Part shown: positions 8,986 through 18,309 of the stretch, piece after piece | Numbering within the stretch: position 1 is the stretch's first letter | Layout: each line of letters begins with the position of its first letter | NCBI GenBank assembly: GCA_963812015.1 | Contig: CAWETI010000002.1 | Location: forward strand, 224,001-288,000 | Direction: 5' to 3' | Origin: an uncultured delta proteobacterium | GTDB lineage: Bacteria > Desulfobacterota > Desulfobaccia > Desulfobaccales > 0-14-0-80-60-11 | DNA: 64,000 nucleotides | The notes under the pieces: generated by a model | Told to the model about the DNA's origin: nothing | Databases searched by the model: none | The model's input: the letters and a program-made list of their open reading frames with translations, nothing else | Program-made: the position numbers and the translations under genes

Positions 8986-11900
8986 ATGACCATCAGAAGA
9001 TTATTTCAGATCATATTTGGTACGTTTTTCCTGGTCCTGACCGGGTTAGGGGTGTTGGCGGTTTTACTTTTTCTTAATGAGACGAATTTAGAAAAAAGTC
9101 AGCATACCCGCTATGAATCCTATGTGTTGGCCGACCTCTCGCGTCAGACTTCTGATGACTTGAGCCGTTTCGCCAGGACCTATGTGGTGACCGGTGACCC
9201 TAAATTTGAACAATATTATTGGGATGTCCTGGCAATTCGGGAGGGCGCCAAACCGCGGCCGGAGCACTATGAGCGGATGTACTGGGATTTTATGGCGGCA
9301 ACCGGTAAAGCGCCGCACCCGGCGGGGCAGAGCATCTCCCTCTACCAACTCTTGAAAAACGTGGGAATTACCCAGGAGGAATTCGCCAAACTGATCGAAG
9401 CGGAGGCCAATTCCAATGCCCTGGTGAGAACTGAAGAGATCGCCATGAATGCGGTGAAAGGCCGTTATGACGACGGCGAGGGCGGGTTCAGCAAACATGG
9501 CGAGCCCAATCGGGCCTGGGCCATTAACATCCTGCACGATGCGGCGTATCACCGGGAAAAGGCGAAAATCATGCAGCCCATCGATGATTTTTTCGCCATG
9601 CTGGATGCTAGAACTTTGCGTACTACCGAGAAATACCGGCGAGCCAGCAACCTCTATTTAGAGCTAATTATCGGCATGTTGGTCCTCTTATTCTTTCTGA
9701 CCCTGACTGCCTTTGTCATTATTTCCGCCAAGGTGAACTCAAGCTTTGCCGCGTTTAAGGCATTTTTCCAGCGTGCCGCCAAGGGAGCCGGTAGGATCGG
9801 GCCGGAACAGGTGAATTTCAACGAATTCCAGGAATTGGCGGCAGCCGCCAACCACATGGTGGAGGAGCGGCAACAGGCGGAAGCGGCGCTACGGGATAGC
9901 ACGGAGCGTCTGAATTTAGCCCTGGGGGCTACGGGCATCGGCATTTGGGAGAGGGACCTGAGCCAAAATGCCCTCACCTGGGATAAGGCCACGCAATCTA
10001 TCTTTGGATTCATCTCGGAGGATTTATCTGACTACCGGGAGATTTTTTTGGATTGCGTTCACCCGGATGATCTGGAACGGATGCGAGAGGCGACGAGACA
10101 AGCCATAGAAGGAGCAGGAGACTACAACACCGAATTTCGGGTGATCTGGCCGGATGCCAGTATGCACGTGGTGGCAACTCGCGCCGTGGTGTTGCGGGAT
10201 GAACTCGGTAACGCCACCCGGATGATCGGCGCTTGCTGGGATGTCACGGATAACCGGCAAAGGGAACAACTGGCGCATCTGGGCTCCGAGGTCGGCGATG
10301 CCTTGACCAGCCTCAAACCGATCCAGGCAAGGCTACAACTGTGCGCCGAAGCTTTGGTCCATCAACTCGATGCGGCTCTGGCCCGGATCTGGATAGTCAA
10401 TGAAGAGGCAGGCATGCTGGAGATGCAAGCCAGCGCCGGGATTCACACCCATACGGATGGCACCCGGAGCCGGATACCCCTGGGCAAGTTTAAAATCGGC
10501 CGCATCGCCCAAGAAGCTCAGCCTCGTTTTTCCAACCAGGTAGGCGCAGAGCCTGATGTGGACGACAAGGACTGGGTGAGGCAGCACGGCCTGGTCAGCT
10601 TTGTCGGTCATCCCCTGATTGTCGAGGGGCGGGTGGTCGGCGTCATGGCGTTCTTCTCCCGTATGAAACTCAATCCGGATACGGTGGACGCCCTCGCCGG
10701 CATTGCCAAGAGTGTCGCCGTGTCGGTCGATCGGGATCGGGCGGAACGAGAATTAGTTCTGGCCCGTGAAGCTGCGGAGGCTGCCACCCGGGCCAAGAGC
10801 GCTTTTCTGGCCAATATGAGCCACGAACTGCGCACCCCCATGAACGCCATCCTCGGCTACAGCGAAATGTTGATGGAGGAAGCTGAAGATCTGGAGCAGG
10901 AAGATTTCATCCCGGATCTACAAAAGATTCACACCGCCGGCAAACACCTCCTGGGCCTCATCAACGATATCCTCGACCTGTCCAAGATCGAAGCCGGCAA
11001 GATGGATCTCTTCCTGGAGTCGTTTGACCTGGCCGGGATGATCAATGACGTGGCCAGCACCCTCAAGCCGCTGGTGGAAAAGAATCACAACACGCTCCGG
11101 GTGGACAGCGCCGCGGGGCTCGGCGTCATGCACGCCGACCTGACCAAGGTGCGGCAATCCCTGTTTAACCTGCTCAGTAATGCCTGTAAATTCACCGAAA
11201 ACGGCACGATAAGCTTGGAAGTTGCGCCCGTGTCCCGAGACGGCGCCGACTGGATTGCCTTCCGCGTCAAAGATACGGGCATCGGCATGACCCCGGCCCA
11301 GGTGGATAAACTTTTCCAGCCGTTCGTGCAGGCTGACGCCTCAACCTCCCGTAAATACGGGGGAACCGGGCTGGGGATGACTATCACCCAACATTTCTGC
11401 AAGTTGATGGGCGGGGAGATCAGTATCGCCAGCGAGCCCGAGGTCGGCACCACCTTTACGATCCAGCTCCCCAGGCAGATCATGACCCAGCCTCCGGCCC
11501 CGGCTCCCCAGACCGAACCATCCGGACCCAAGTTCCCGGCGGGGGTCAACACCGTCCTGGTCATTGAGGATGATCCGGCCGCCCGGGACTTGCTGATCCG
11601 CTTTTTGGCCAAAGAGGGCTATCGGGTCGAGACCGCGGCCGGGGGGGAGGAAGGGCTCCGTCTGGCCAGGGAGCTCCATCCCGACGTCATCACCCTGGAT
11701 GTGATGATGCCGGGCATGGACGGCTGGGCGGTGCTGACCGCACTCAAGGCCGACCCTGATTTAGCCGATATCCCGGTGGTCATGCTGACCATCGTGGATA
11801 ATAAAAACTTGGGATACGCCCTGGGCGCGGCGGATTACCTGACCAAGCCCATCCAGCGCGACCGTCTGCTGGCCATGCTGGAAAAATATTGTCATACTGC

Positions 11901-12303
11901 CGAGAAAACCACGGTCCTGTTGGTTGAAGACGATGCCGGGACCCGGGAGATTATCCGGCGTCTGTTGGAGAAAACCGGGATTCAGGTGGTTGAGGCCGAA
12001 AATGGGCGGGTGGCCCTGGAACGCCTGACCGAGAGCCAACCGGGGTTGATTTTGCTGGACCTCATGATGCCGGAAATGGATGGGTTTCAATTTGTCGACC
12101 AGGTGCGCCAGCATGAAGCCTGGCAGGCCATTCCCATTGTGGTGGTCACCGCCAAGGATTTAACCCCGGAAGATCGCCGGCGACTGAATGGTTATGTCAC
12201 CGAAATCATCCGGAAGGATACCCGGGCCCAGGAGGAGTTGCTGGCCGAAGTGAGTAAAATGGTGAAGGCCCGCCTGCAGAAAGGCCTGGTGAGCCCAGGT
12301 TAA
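8986..12303 (+). CDS. Hybrid sensor histidine kinase (extracytoplasmic helical sensor, PAS, GAF, HisKA, HATPase, two receivers)
   Basis: Two TM segments; FLANMSHELRTPMNAILG; NLLSNACKFT; DTGIG; GGTGLG; two REC domains (ITLDVMMP, ILLDLMMP). Confidence 0.95.
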   Translation: MTIRRLFQIIFGTFFLVLTGLGVLAVLLFLNETNLEKSQHTRYESYVLADLSRQTSDDLSRFARTYVVTGDPKFEQYYWDVLAIREGAKPRPEHYERMYWDFMAATGKAPHPAGQSISLYQLLKNVGITQEEFAKLIEAEANSNALVRTEEIAMNAVKGRYDDGEGGFSKHGEPNRAWAINILHDAAYHREKAKIMQPIDDFFAMLDARTLRTTEKYRRASNLYLELIIGMLVLLFFLTLTAFVIISAKVNSSFAAFKAFFQRAAKGAGRIGPEQVNFNEFQELAAAANHMVEERQQAEAALRDSTERLNLALGATGIGIWERDLSQNALTWDKATQSIFGFISEDLSDYREIFLDCVHPDDLERMREATRQAIEGAGDYNTEFRVIWPDASMHVVATRAVVLRDELGNATRMIGACWDVTDNRQREQLAHLGSEVGDALTSLKPIQARLQLCAEALVHQLDAALARIWIVNEEAGMLEMQASAGIHTHTDGTRSRIPLGKFKIGRIAQEAQPRFSNQVGAEPDVDDKDWVRQHGLVSFVGHPLIVEGRVVGVMAFFSRMKLNPDTVDALAGIAKSVAVSVDRDRAERELVLAREAAEAATRAKSAFLANMSHELRTPMNAILGYSEMLMEEAEDLEQEDFIPDLQKIHTAGKHLLGLINDILDLSKIEAGKMDLFLESFDLAGMINDVASTLKPLVEKNHNTLRVDSAAGLGVMHADLTKVRQSLFNLLSNACKFTENGTISLEVAPVSRDGADWIAFRVKDTGIGMTPAQVDKLFQPFVQADASTSRKYGGTGLGMTITQHFCKLMGGEISIASEPEVGTTFTIQLPRQIMTQPPAPAPQTEPSGPKFPAGVNTVLVIEDDPAARDLLIRFLAKEGYRVETAAGGEEGLRLARELHPDVITLDVMMPGMDGWAVLTALKADPDLADIPVVMLTIVDNKNLGYALGAADYLTKPIQRDRLLAMLEKYCHTAEKTTVLLVEDDAGTREIIRRLLEKTGIQVVEAENGRVALERLTESQPGLILLDLMMPEMDGFQFVDQVRQHEAWQAIPIVVVTAKDLTPEDRRRLNGYVTEIIRKDTRAQEELLAEVSKMVKARLQKGLVSPG

Positions 12304-12339
12304 GCGTCATCATAACTTCATACAGAGGAGCCCAGACTG

Positions 12340-12705
12340 ATGTCCAAGATTCTTTTGGTGGAAGATAATGAAATGAATCGAGATATGTTATCCCGCCGCC
12401 TGCTCAAAAAAGGCTATGAACTGGTCATGGCCATGGACGGCGAGCAGGCGGTCGAGATGGCCGGTACAGAGGCCCCGGACCTGATCCTGATGGATATCAG
12501 CTTGCCGGGCCTGGACGGCTGGGAAGCGACCCGGCGTCTCAAGGCCATGCCGGAAACCCAGTCCATTCCCATTATCGCCCTCACGGCCCATGCCATGGCC
12601 GGGGACCGGGAAAAATGCCTGGCCGCGGGTTGTGACGACTATGATACCAAGCCGGTGGAGTTTAAGCGCCTCTTGGAAAAAATCCAGGGATTTTTAGACA
12701 AGTAG
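12340..12705 (+). CDS. Single-domain response regulator (DivK/CheY-like)
   Basis: ILLVEDN...ILMDISLPGLDG...ALTAHAM...TKP. Confidence 0.95.
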   Translation: MSKILLVEDNEMNRDMLSRRLLKKGYELVMAMDGEQAVEMAGTEAPDLILMDISLPGLDGWEATRRLKAMPETQSIPIIALTAHAMAGDREKCLAAGCDDYDTKPVEFKRLLEKIQGFLDK

Positions 12706-12720
12706 AAGCACAGGCTCATC

Positions 12721-14760
12721 ATGACCGCAACCGCATCTGAACTCGGCCAGGCCGGAACCGGAGGACCGACCCCAGACGGCCAACAGGCCCTGTGGTCGCA
12801 CCTGCGCCATGAATTGCGGACGCCCCTCAACGCCATCATCGGCTACAGCGAAATGCTCTTGGAAGACGCCGACGAGGCCGGTCTGACGGATTTGGCCTCC
12901 GACCTCGACCAGGTGCTCTCGGCCGGCCGCCAGCTCCTTTCCATCGTCAACGACCTCCTGGACGCCGATAAACTTGCCTCCGATGATGTCGCCTTCAACC
13001 TGGAATCGGTGGTTGCCAACCTGGACTACCAGGCGCGCGCCCCGTTAAACGGCGTCATCGGTTTCAGCGAAATCCTGTTGGAAAACGCTGCCGATCAGGG
13101 GCGGGAGGAAATTATCGCCGACCTTGGGAAGATTCACGACGCCGGGGAACTCTTCCTATCGCGCCTCAACAACATTATTGATTTTACCGGGATCGACGCC
13201 GGTCCCCAGGCGGTGGCCCCGTTGGTCTCGGACCGGTCGCCGCTGCTTCACAGCGTCATGACCAGCCTCCGGGAATTGGCTCAGGAGAGCGCCGCGGTTA
13301 CCGGCGGTGAGAGGGGCTCTCTCCTGGTAGTGGACGACAATGAGATCAACCGGGATTTGCTGTGTCGTTATCTGGGGCGGCAAGGCCATACGGTGCAAGC
13401 GGCCCCCGACGGTCTCAAGGCTTTGGAGATGATCGACACCGGGGCTTTCGACCTCGTGCTCCTGGATATCATGATGCCGGGGTTGAACGGGTACCAGGTG
13501 CTCCAGCATCTGAAGAATTCCGCCTGGCGGGACCTGCCGGTCATCATGATTTCCGCCCTGGACGAAATGGACAGCGTGGTCCGCTGCATTGAACTGGGGG
13601 CGGAAGACTATCTGGCCAAGCCTTTCAACCCGGTGCTGCTGCGGGCCCGGGTGGGAGCCTGCCTGGAAAAGAAGCGGCTCAGAGATCTGGAAAAAGAACA
13701 ACAGCGGCAATTGAACGAACTCAACGCCGCCCTGGAAGTGCGCAACCGTTTTATTCGCCGGACCTTCGGCCAGTACCTCTCCGATGAAATCGTCGAGACC
13801 ATCTTGGAGAAACCGGACGGCTTGAAAATAGGGGGGGAAAAGCGGCAGGCCACCATTATTATGGCCGATCTGCGCGGCTTCACCTCTTTAAGTGAGCGCT
13901 TGCCGGCCGAGGATGTGGTGGCCATGGTCAATATCTACCTGGAAACCATGACCGAGATTATCCTGAGGTACCAGGGCACCATCGAAGAATTCATCGGCGA
14001 CGGCATCCTGGTGGTTTTCGGGGCTCCCCTCCTGCGCCCGGATGACGCCCGACGGGCCGTGGCCTGCGCGGTGGAGATGCAACTGGCCATGACTGCCGTC
14101 AATGACCGGAACCGCCAGGCCGGGTACCCCGAGGTGGCTTTAGGAATCGGCATCAACACCGGCAGAATGGTGGTGGGTAATATCGGTTCGCAGAAGAGAA
14201 TGAAATATGGCGTGGTCGGCCGGAATGTCAACCTCACGGCCCGCATCGAGTCCTACACGGTGGGCGGCCAGATCTACATTTCAGCAGGCACCTTGCAGGA
14301 ATGCGGCGATATCTTGCGGATCGACAGCTCCATGCAGGTCATGCCCAAAGGGGTGAAAGAGCTGCTGACCATCTATGAAGTGGGAGGTATCGGCGGAGAT
14401 TATCAGCTCTTTTTGCCCGTCAAGGCAGAGGTGGCGTGGATCGAACTTACCCGGCAGCTACCCATCCGGTTTACCGTGTTGGCCGGGAAACATGTCGGAG
14501 AACTTAAGCATCACGGCGCCATCGTCAAAATTGCCCCCCAAATGGCCGAAATTACCGCGGAAATCTTGCCCTCCCGGCTGGCCAACCTGCGGCTGTCCCT
14601 GTATGACCCCGACGACCGCGCCATCACCGATGATCTTTATGCCAAAGTGGTAACCCACCTCTCCGAGGCGCCGCCGGTTTTTCACGTCAATTTCACTTCC
14701 ATCCCTCCCGAAGCCGCAACCTTTTTGGGGGAATTACCGGGCTCTCCCCTGACCGATTAA
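12721..14760 (+). CDS. Class III nucleotide cyclase with tandem DHp-like repeats, a receiver domain and a C-terminal beta domain
   Basis: HELRTPLNAIIGYSE and degenerate YQARAPLNGVIGFSE; REC (LLDIMMP); ADLRGFT, IEEFIGDG, GINTG, KYGVVGRNVNLTARIE. Confidence 0.92.
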   Translation: MTATASELGQAGTGGPTPDGQQALWSHLRHELRTPLNAIIGYSEMLLEDADEAGLTDLASDLDQVLSAGRQLLSIVNDLLDADKLASDDVAFNLESVVANLDYQARAPLNGVIGFSEILLENAADQGREEIIADLGKIHDAGELFLSRLNNIIDFTGIDAGPQAVAPLVSDRSPLLHSVMTSLRELAQESAAVTGGERGSLLVVDDNEINRDLLCRYLGRQGHTVQAAPDGLKALEMIDTGAFDLVLLDIMMPGLNGYQVLQHLKNSAWRDLPVIMISALDEMDSVVRCIELGAEDYLAKPFNPVLLRARVGACLEKKRLRDLEKEQQRQLNELNAALEVRNRFIRRTFGQYLSDEIVETILEKPDGLKIGGEKRQATIIMADLRGFTSLSERLPAEDVVAMVNIYLETMTEIILRYQGTIEEFIGDGILVVFGAPLLRPDDARRAVACAVEMQLAMTAVNDRNRQAGYPEVALGIGINTGRMVVGNIGSQKRMKYGVVGRNVNLTARIESYTVGGQIYISAGTLQECGDILRIDSSMQVMPKGVKELLTIYEVGGIGGDYQLFLPVKAEVAWIELTRQLPIRFTVLAGKHVGELKHHGAIVKIAPQMAEITAEILPSRLANLRLSLYDPDDRAITDDLYAKVVTHLSEAPPVFHVNFTSIPPEAATFLGELPGSPLTD

Positions 14761-14856
14761 CCAAACCTTCTCTGTAGGTGAGAGATGCCGGCGCACTAAG
14801 GGGTTTTAATTAATCTAATCATTGCCAGGTCTTATCTCGTCGCGCCGTGAGGCTGA

Positions 14857-15723
14857 TCAGCTTATCTCCGGCTTTTCGCTTCTGGCCGTGTAATAGCCGC
14901 TGGTTTCCTGCACCGTCACCGGCCCTTCGAACATGGCCGAGAGGTTAGGCGAGGTCAGCACCTGGGGTTTGTCCCCATCGAGCAAGACCCGCCCATGCTG
15001 GAGGAGGATGACCCGGTTGATTTCCGGGAAGATCTCCTCGATATGATGGGTGACCAGAATGATGGTCTTGCCGTTCCGGGCCAGGTTCTGGAGGGTGAGC
15101 AGAAATCGGTGGCGCACCATCAGGTCCAAGCCGGTGGTGGGTTCATCGAGCAACAGGGCCCGGGGGGCGGGTACCAGAGCCCGGGCGATCATAATCCGCC
15201 GCACCTCCCCGGTGGACATGGTCTCGATGAAGGTGTCCGCCAGATGAGACGCTTCCATCAGGGCCAAGGCCTGGCGCCCCTGCTCCCGCATCGCCGGGGT
15301 GAGGAGATGGTGCTGAAAAAGGCCGTAGGAAGCGAAGAAGCCCGACAACACCGCGTCCAGGCCCCGGGTCCGGCCCGGCAGCGTCCCGGTCAGGATGGAG
15401 TTCTGGAGGTCTGTTGAGACGATGCCCAACTGGGCCCGCAACTCAGAGACATTCCAAAGCTCTTGCCCCAGGATCGTCAGGGGCGGCGTTCCGTCCGGAT
15501 GGGCCAGGGGATAGTCCTGGCGGGCGATGAGCCGGATGAGGGACGATTTGCCGGCGCCGTTGGGGCCGAGGATGGCGGTGTGCTCGCCCTCCCGGATCGT
15601 CAGGCTGATGCGGTCCAGGACCCGGGTGCGGTTTTTGACCACCGAGGCGTCCTGAATTTTAAGCAGGGGCGCCCGGGGTCCGCCCCGGTCAGGGCAGCCC
15701 GGGGTGGTCGTTGGCGATGACAT
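14857..15723 (-). CDS. ABC transporter ATP-binding protein (ModF-like)
   Basis: GPNGAGKS, MSTGE, LLLDEP, VTHH. Confidence 0.88.
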   Translation of the reverse strand: MSSPTTTPGCPDRGGPRAPLLKIQDASVVKNRTRVLDRISLTIREGEHTAILGPNGAGKSSLIRLIARQDYPLAHPDGTPPLTILGQELWNVSELRAQLGIVSTDLQNSILTGTLPGRTRGLDAVLSGFFASYGLFQHHLLTPAMREQGRQALALMEASHLADTFIETMSTGEVRRIMIARALVPAPRALLLDEPTTGLDLMVRHRFLLTLQNLARNGKTIILVTHHIEEIFPEINRVILLQHGRVLLDGDKPQVLTSPNLSAMFEGPVTVQETSGYYTARSEKPEIS

Positions 15724-15820
15724 CTCTGAGTCTCAATGGGATAAATAATTTGAGGGGAGCGCCGGGGAATTGGCAGACACCGGCATCTCGCCAGCCTTCC
15801 CCGGTCCTCCCCTCAACAAT

Positions 15821-16213
15821 CTAGGCGTGCCACTCCTTTTTCACCGCGATGGCGTCGATCTCCACGGACACGTTCCGGGCCAGGCCCGCGGCCTGGATGG
15901 TGGTGCGGGCCGGCGGGTGTTGGGGGAAGAACTCGCCGTAGGCCCGGTTCATCTCCGGGAAATCGGCCATATCCGCCAGGTAGACCGTGGTTTTCACCAC
16001 ATCCTTCAACGTCAATCCCACCGCCGCCAAAATGGCCTTGAGGTTCGCTATCACCTGGACGGTTTGCACCACGATATCTCCTTCCACCAGATGGCCTCTG
16101 GCATCCATGGGGATTTGGCCGGAGACGAACACAAAGGGGCCGGCGGCCAGGGCCTGGGTATAGGGGCCGACTGGGATCGGGGCCTGATCGGTTTCAATGA
16201 CAATTTTTTTCAT
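15821..16213 (-). CDS. ridA: RidA/YjgF family enamine deaminase
   Basis: APIPVGPYTQA, FVSGQIP, VVKTTVYL, PPART, VEIDAIA; start set to MKKIVIET. Confidence 0.92.
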   Translation of the reverse strand: MKKIVIETDQAPIPVGPYTQALAAGPFVFVSGQIPMDARGHLVEGDIVVQTVQVIANLKAILAAVGLTLKDVVKTTVYLADMADFPEMNRAYGEFFPQHPPARTTIQAAGLARNVSVEIDAIAVKKEWHA

Positions 16214-16338
16214 GGTCTTTTTTCCTCCCAACCTGATTTTATCGGTGCGATAATAAGTGAAGCAGCCGGGTAAATACAAAAGTCTTGATGAATCGGCAAC
16301 ATTTTGTTAATGGTATGGAAAAACCTTGGAGGTAAACA

Positions 16339-16629
16339 ATGGGGTTGTGGTTGAAATGCCCGGGGTGCCAAGCACAAAATCCTCTTCCCATGCGGGTTTG
16401 TCCCAATTGCGGGCAAGATCTGAGTAAGCTTTCCGCGGCACAGCGGGTCTATGTGATCGGGGCGGCGGCGGCTCCCCCGGCACCCTCTCCCGCCACTCCC
16501 CCGGCAAAAGCCCCGGCCACCCCTAAGTTGCCGGTGAGGGCTGGCGCCACCGAATCAACCCCGCCGTCCCCGGAGGCGGCCCCCAAGCCTGCCAAAAAGC
16601 CCAAAAGGACGAAGAAAAAGAAGAGTTAG
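16339..16629 (+). CDS. Zinc-ribbon protein with Pro/Ala/Lys-rich tail
   Basis: CPGC...CPNC; strong GGAGG ribosome site. Confidence 0.75.
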   Translation: MGLWLKCPGCQAQNPLPMRVCPNCGQDLSKLSAAQRVYVIGAAAAPPAPSPATPPAKAPATPKLPVRAGATESTPPSPEAAPKPAKKPKRTKKKKS

Positions 16630-16641
16630 CCGCGTGAATCG

Positions 16642-17475
16642 CTAAGACACCGCCTGAATTACTCCCAGCACCAACTCCACCAGTTGGGGTTCGGCCCGGG
16701 CCACCGTGTCGATGATGGCCTCGATGGCGATGGGGGCCATGGCATCCGGTAGATTGAGATTACTGATCACCGAGATGCCCAGGACCCGGAGACCGGCATG
16801 AACCGCCGCGATGACCTCGGGCACCGTGGACATACCCACCGCGTCCGCCCCGATTTGGCGCAGAAACCGGGTTTCAGCGGGGGTTTCCAGGCTGGGACCC
16901 GTAACCGCCACGTACACCCCCTGGCGTAAGCCGATGCCCAGGCGGCGGGCCACGGCCTCGGTCATCTCCCGCAGGCCCCGGTCATAGACCTGGCTCAGGT
17001 CGGGGAAGCGGGGGCCCCAGGCATCGATATTATCCCCCACCAGGGGATTGTCCCCCATCAGGTTAAGATGGTCGCTGATGAGCATCAAGTCGCTGGCTTT
17101 GAAGAGAGGATTCAGGCCGCCGGCGGCATTGGTGACGATGAGGGTCTTGACGCCCAGGTTCGCCATCACCCGCACCGGAAAGGTCACCTGGCGCAGGGAA
17201 TAGCCTTCGTAGGCATGGAAGCGGCCCTGGCAGAGGATCACCGGCTGCCCGGCGAGGCGGCCCCAACCAAGGCGGCCGGCGTGGCTGGGGCTGGTGGCCG
17301 GAGGAAAATGGGGCAGGTCTTGGTAGGGGAGGTAATCTCCACCCTCCAGCCGGTCGGCCCAGTCCCCCTGGCCGGTCCCCAGGATAATCCCCCACTCCGG
17401 CGCCGCGCTCAGGCGCGGGGCGATGACTTGAACGCATTCTTCCACCTGCGCCTGGTAGGTCCGGCTCACGCCCAT
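16642..17475 (-). CDS. Purine-nucleoside phosphorylase (trimeric PunA/XapA family)
   Basis: GIILGTG, GRFHAYEG, TNAAGGLN, GPSLETPAE, VGMSTVPE. Confidence 0.95.
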   Translation of the reverse strand: MGVSRTYQAQVEECVQVIAPRLSAAPEWGIILGTGQGDWADRLEGGDYLPYQDLPHFPPATSPSHAGRLGWGRLAGQPVILCQGRFHAYEGYSLRQVTFPVRVMANLGVKTLIVTNAAGGLNPLFKASDLMLISDHLNLMGDNPLVGDNIDAWGPRFPDLSQVYDRGLREMTEAVARRLGIGLRQGVYVAVTGPSLETPAETRFLRQIGADAVGMSTVPEVIAAVHAGLRVLGISVISNLNLPDAMAPIAIEAIIDTVARAEPQLVELVLGVIQAVS

Positions 17476-17571
17476 CTCCTTGTCAGTGTGCCAAAGTGTG
17501 CCCTAAGCATAAGCCGCGTTCCTTGGTTCGTCAATGGCCGGAATGTCCCGGAGGAGATTTTCGCTTTATCC

Positions 17572-17600
17572 TTGACAGTTTCCCCCATTACCTTAAAAAT
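17572..17600 (+). promoter_or_regulatory. Putative sigma70 promoter of the DUF134 gene
   Basis: TTGACA followed by TAAAAAT at 16-17 bp spacing. Confidence 0.5.
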
Positions 17601-17625
17601 ATAGCATCACGGTGAGGAAGAAAAT

Positions 17626-18033
17626 ATGGGCAGACCCAAAAAGTGCCGGTGGGTGGAAAATGAGCCGGGGGTGACGTTTTTTAAGCCCCGGGGCATTCCC
17701 CTCAGATCTTTGCAGCAGATAGTGATTACGGTGGACGAGCTGGAGGCCATGCGTTTGGCCGACTTCCTGGAGATGACCCAGGAAGAGGTGGCCCAGAGGA
17801 TGCAGGTTTCCCGGCCCACGGTGACCCGGATGTTGTCCCGGGCCCATCGGGCGGTGGCCGAAGCCCTGGTGCACGGTAAAGCGATTTGCATTCAAGGGGG
17901 AGATTACCGTGTGGGGCAGCAATGCCAGGCATGCGGACACTGGAATCTTCAGGATCCAGGGGACGCGGACTCAGAAGGTTGCACCTGCCCTGGTCACGAA
18001 GGCGAGGCGAAGCCGCCGGATTCAGACAAATAA
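17626..18033 (+). CDS. DUF134 (UPF0251) HTH protein with C-terminal Cys cluster
   Basis: MGRPKKCRWV..P...FFKPRGIP...ELEAMRLAD...MQVSRPT...GGDY. Confidence 0.9.
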   Translation: MGRPKKCRWVENEPGVTFFKPRGIPLRSLQQIVITVDELEAMRLADFLEMTQEEVAQRMQVSRPTVTRMLSRAHRAVAEALVHGKAICIQGGDYRVGQQCQACGHWNLQDPGDADSEGCTCPGHEGEAKPPDSDK

Positions 18034-18150
18034 ACGCGGCGGTTTTTCTTATTTTTCTTATTTTTCTTAAGAGCCTTGCCGCGCCTCGTGCTTAGTTTCA
18101 AAAATTCACCTTATTTTATGGCTGAAGCACCCCTGCAAAAGGAACCTGAA

Positions 18151-18232
18151 GTCCCCCTTTTTTGAAGAGGGATTGAGGGGGATTATCTAAGTATTAGAAT
18201 CCCTCCTTACCCCCCTTGAGAAAAGGGGGGAA
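18151..18232. repeat. Family B palindromic repeat (CCCCCTTT..AAAGGGGG type)
   Basis: Similar to 52079-52163 and to a partial copy at 36772-36796. Confidence 0.65.
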
Positions 18233-18309
18233 TTCCCATGCCTGGGGGGGTAGCGTTAATTTCTGCAATGAAGTCTAGGCCCGGATGCCTTCGGGGGGAG
18301 ACAGGGGGG

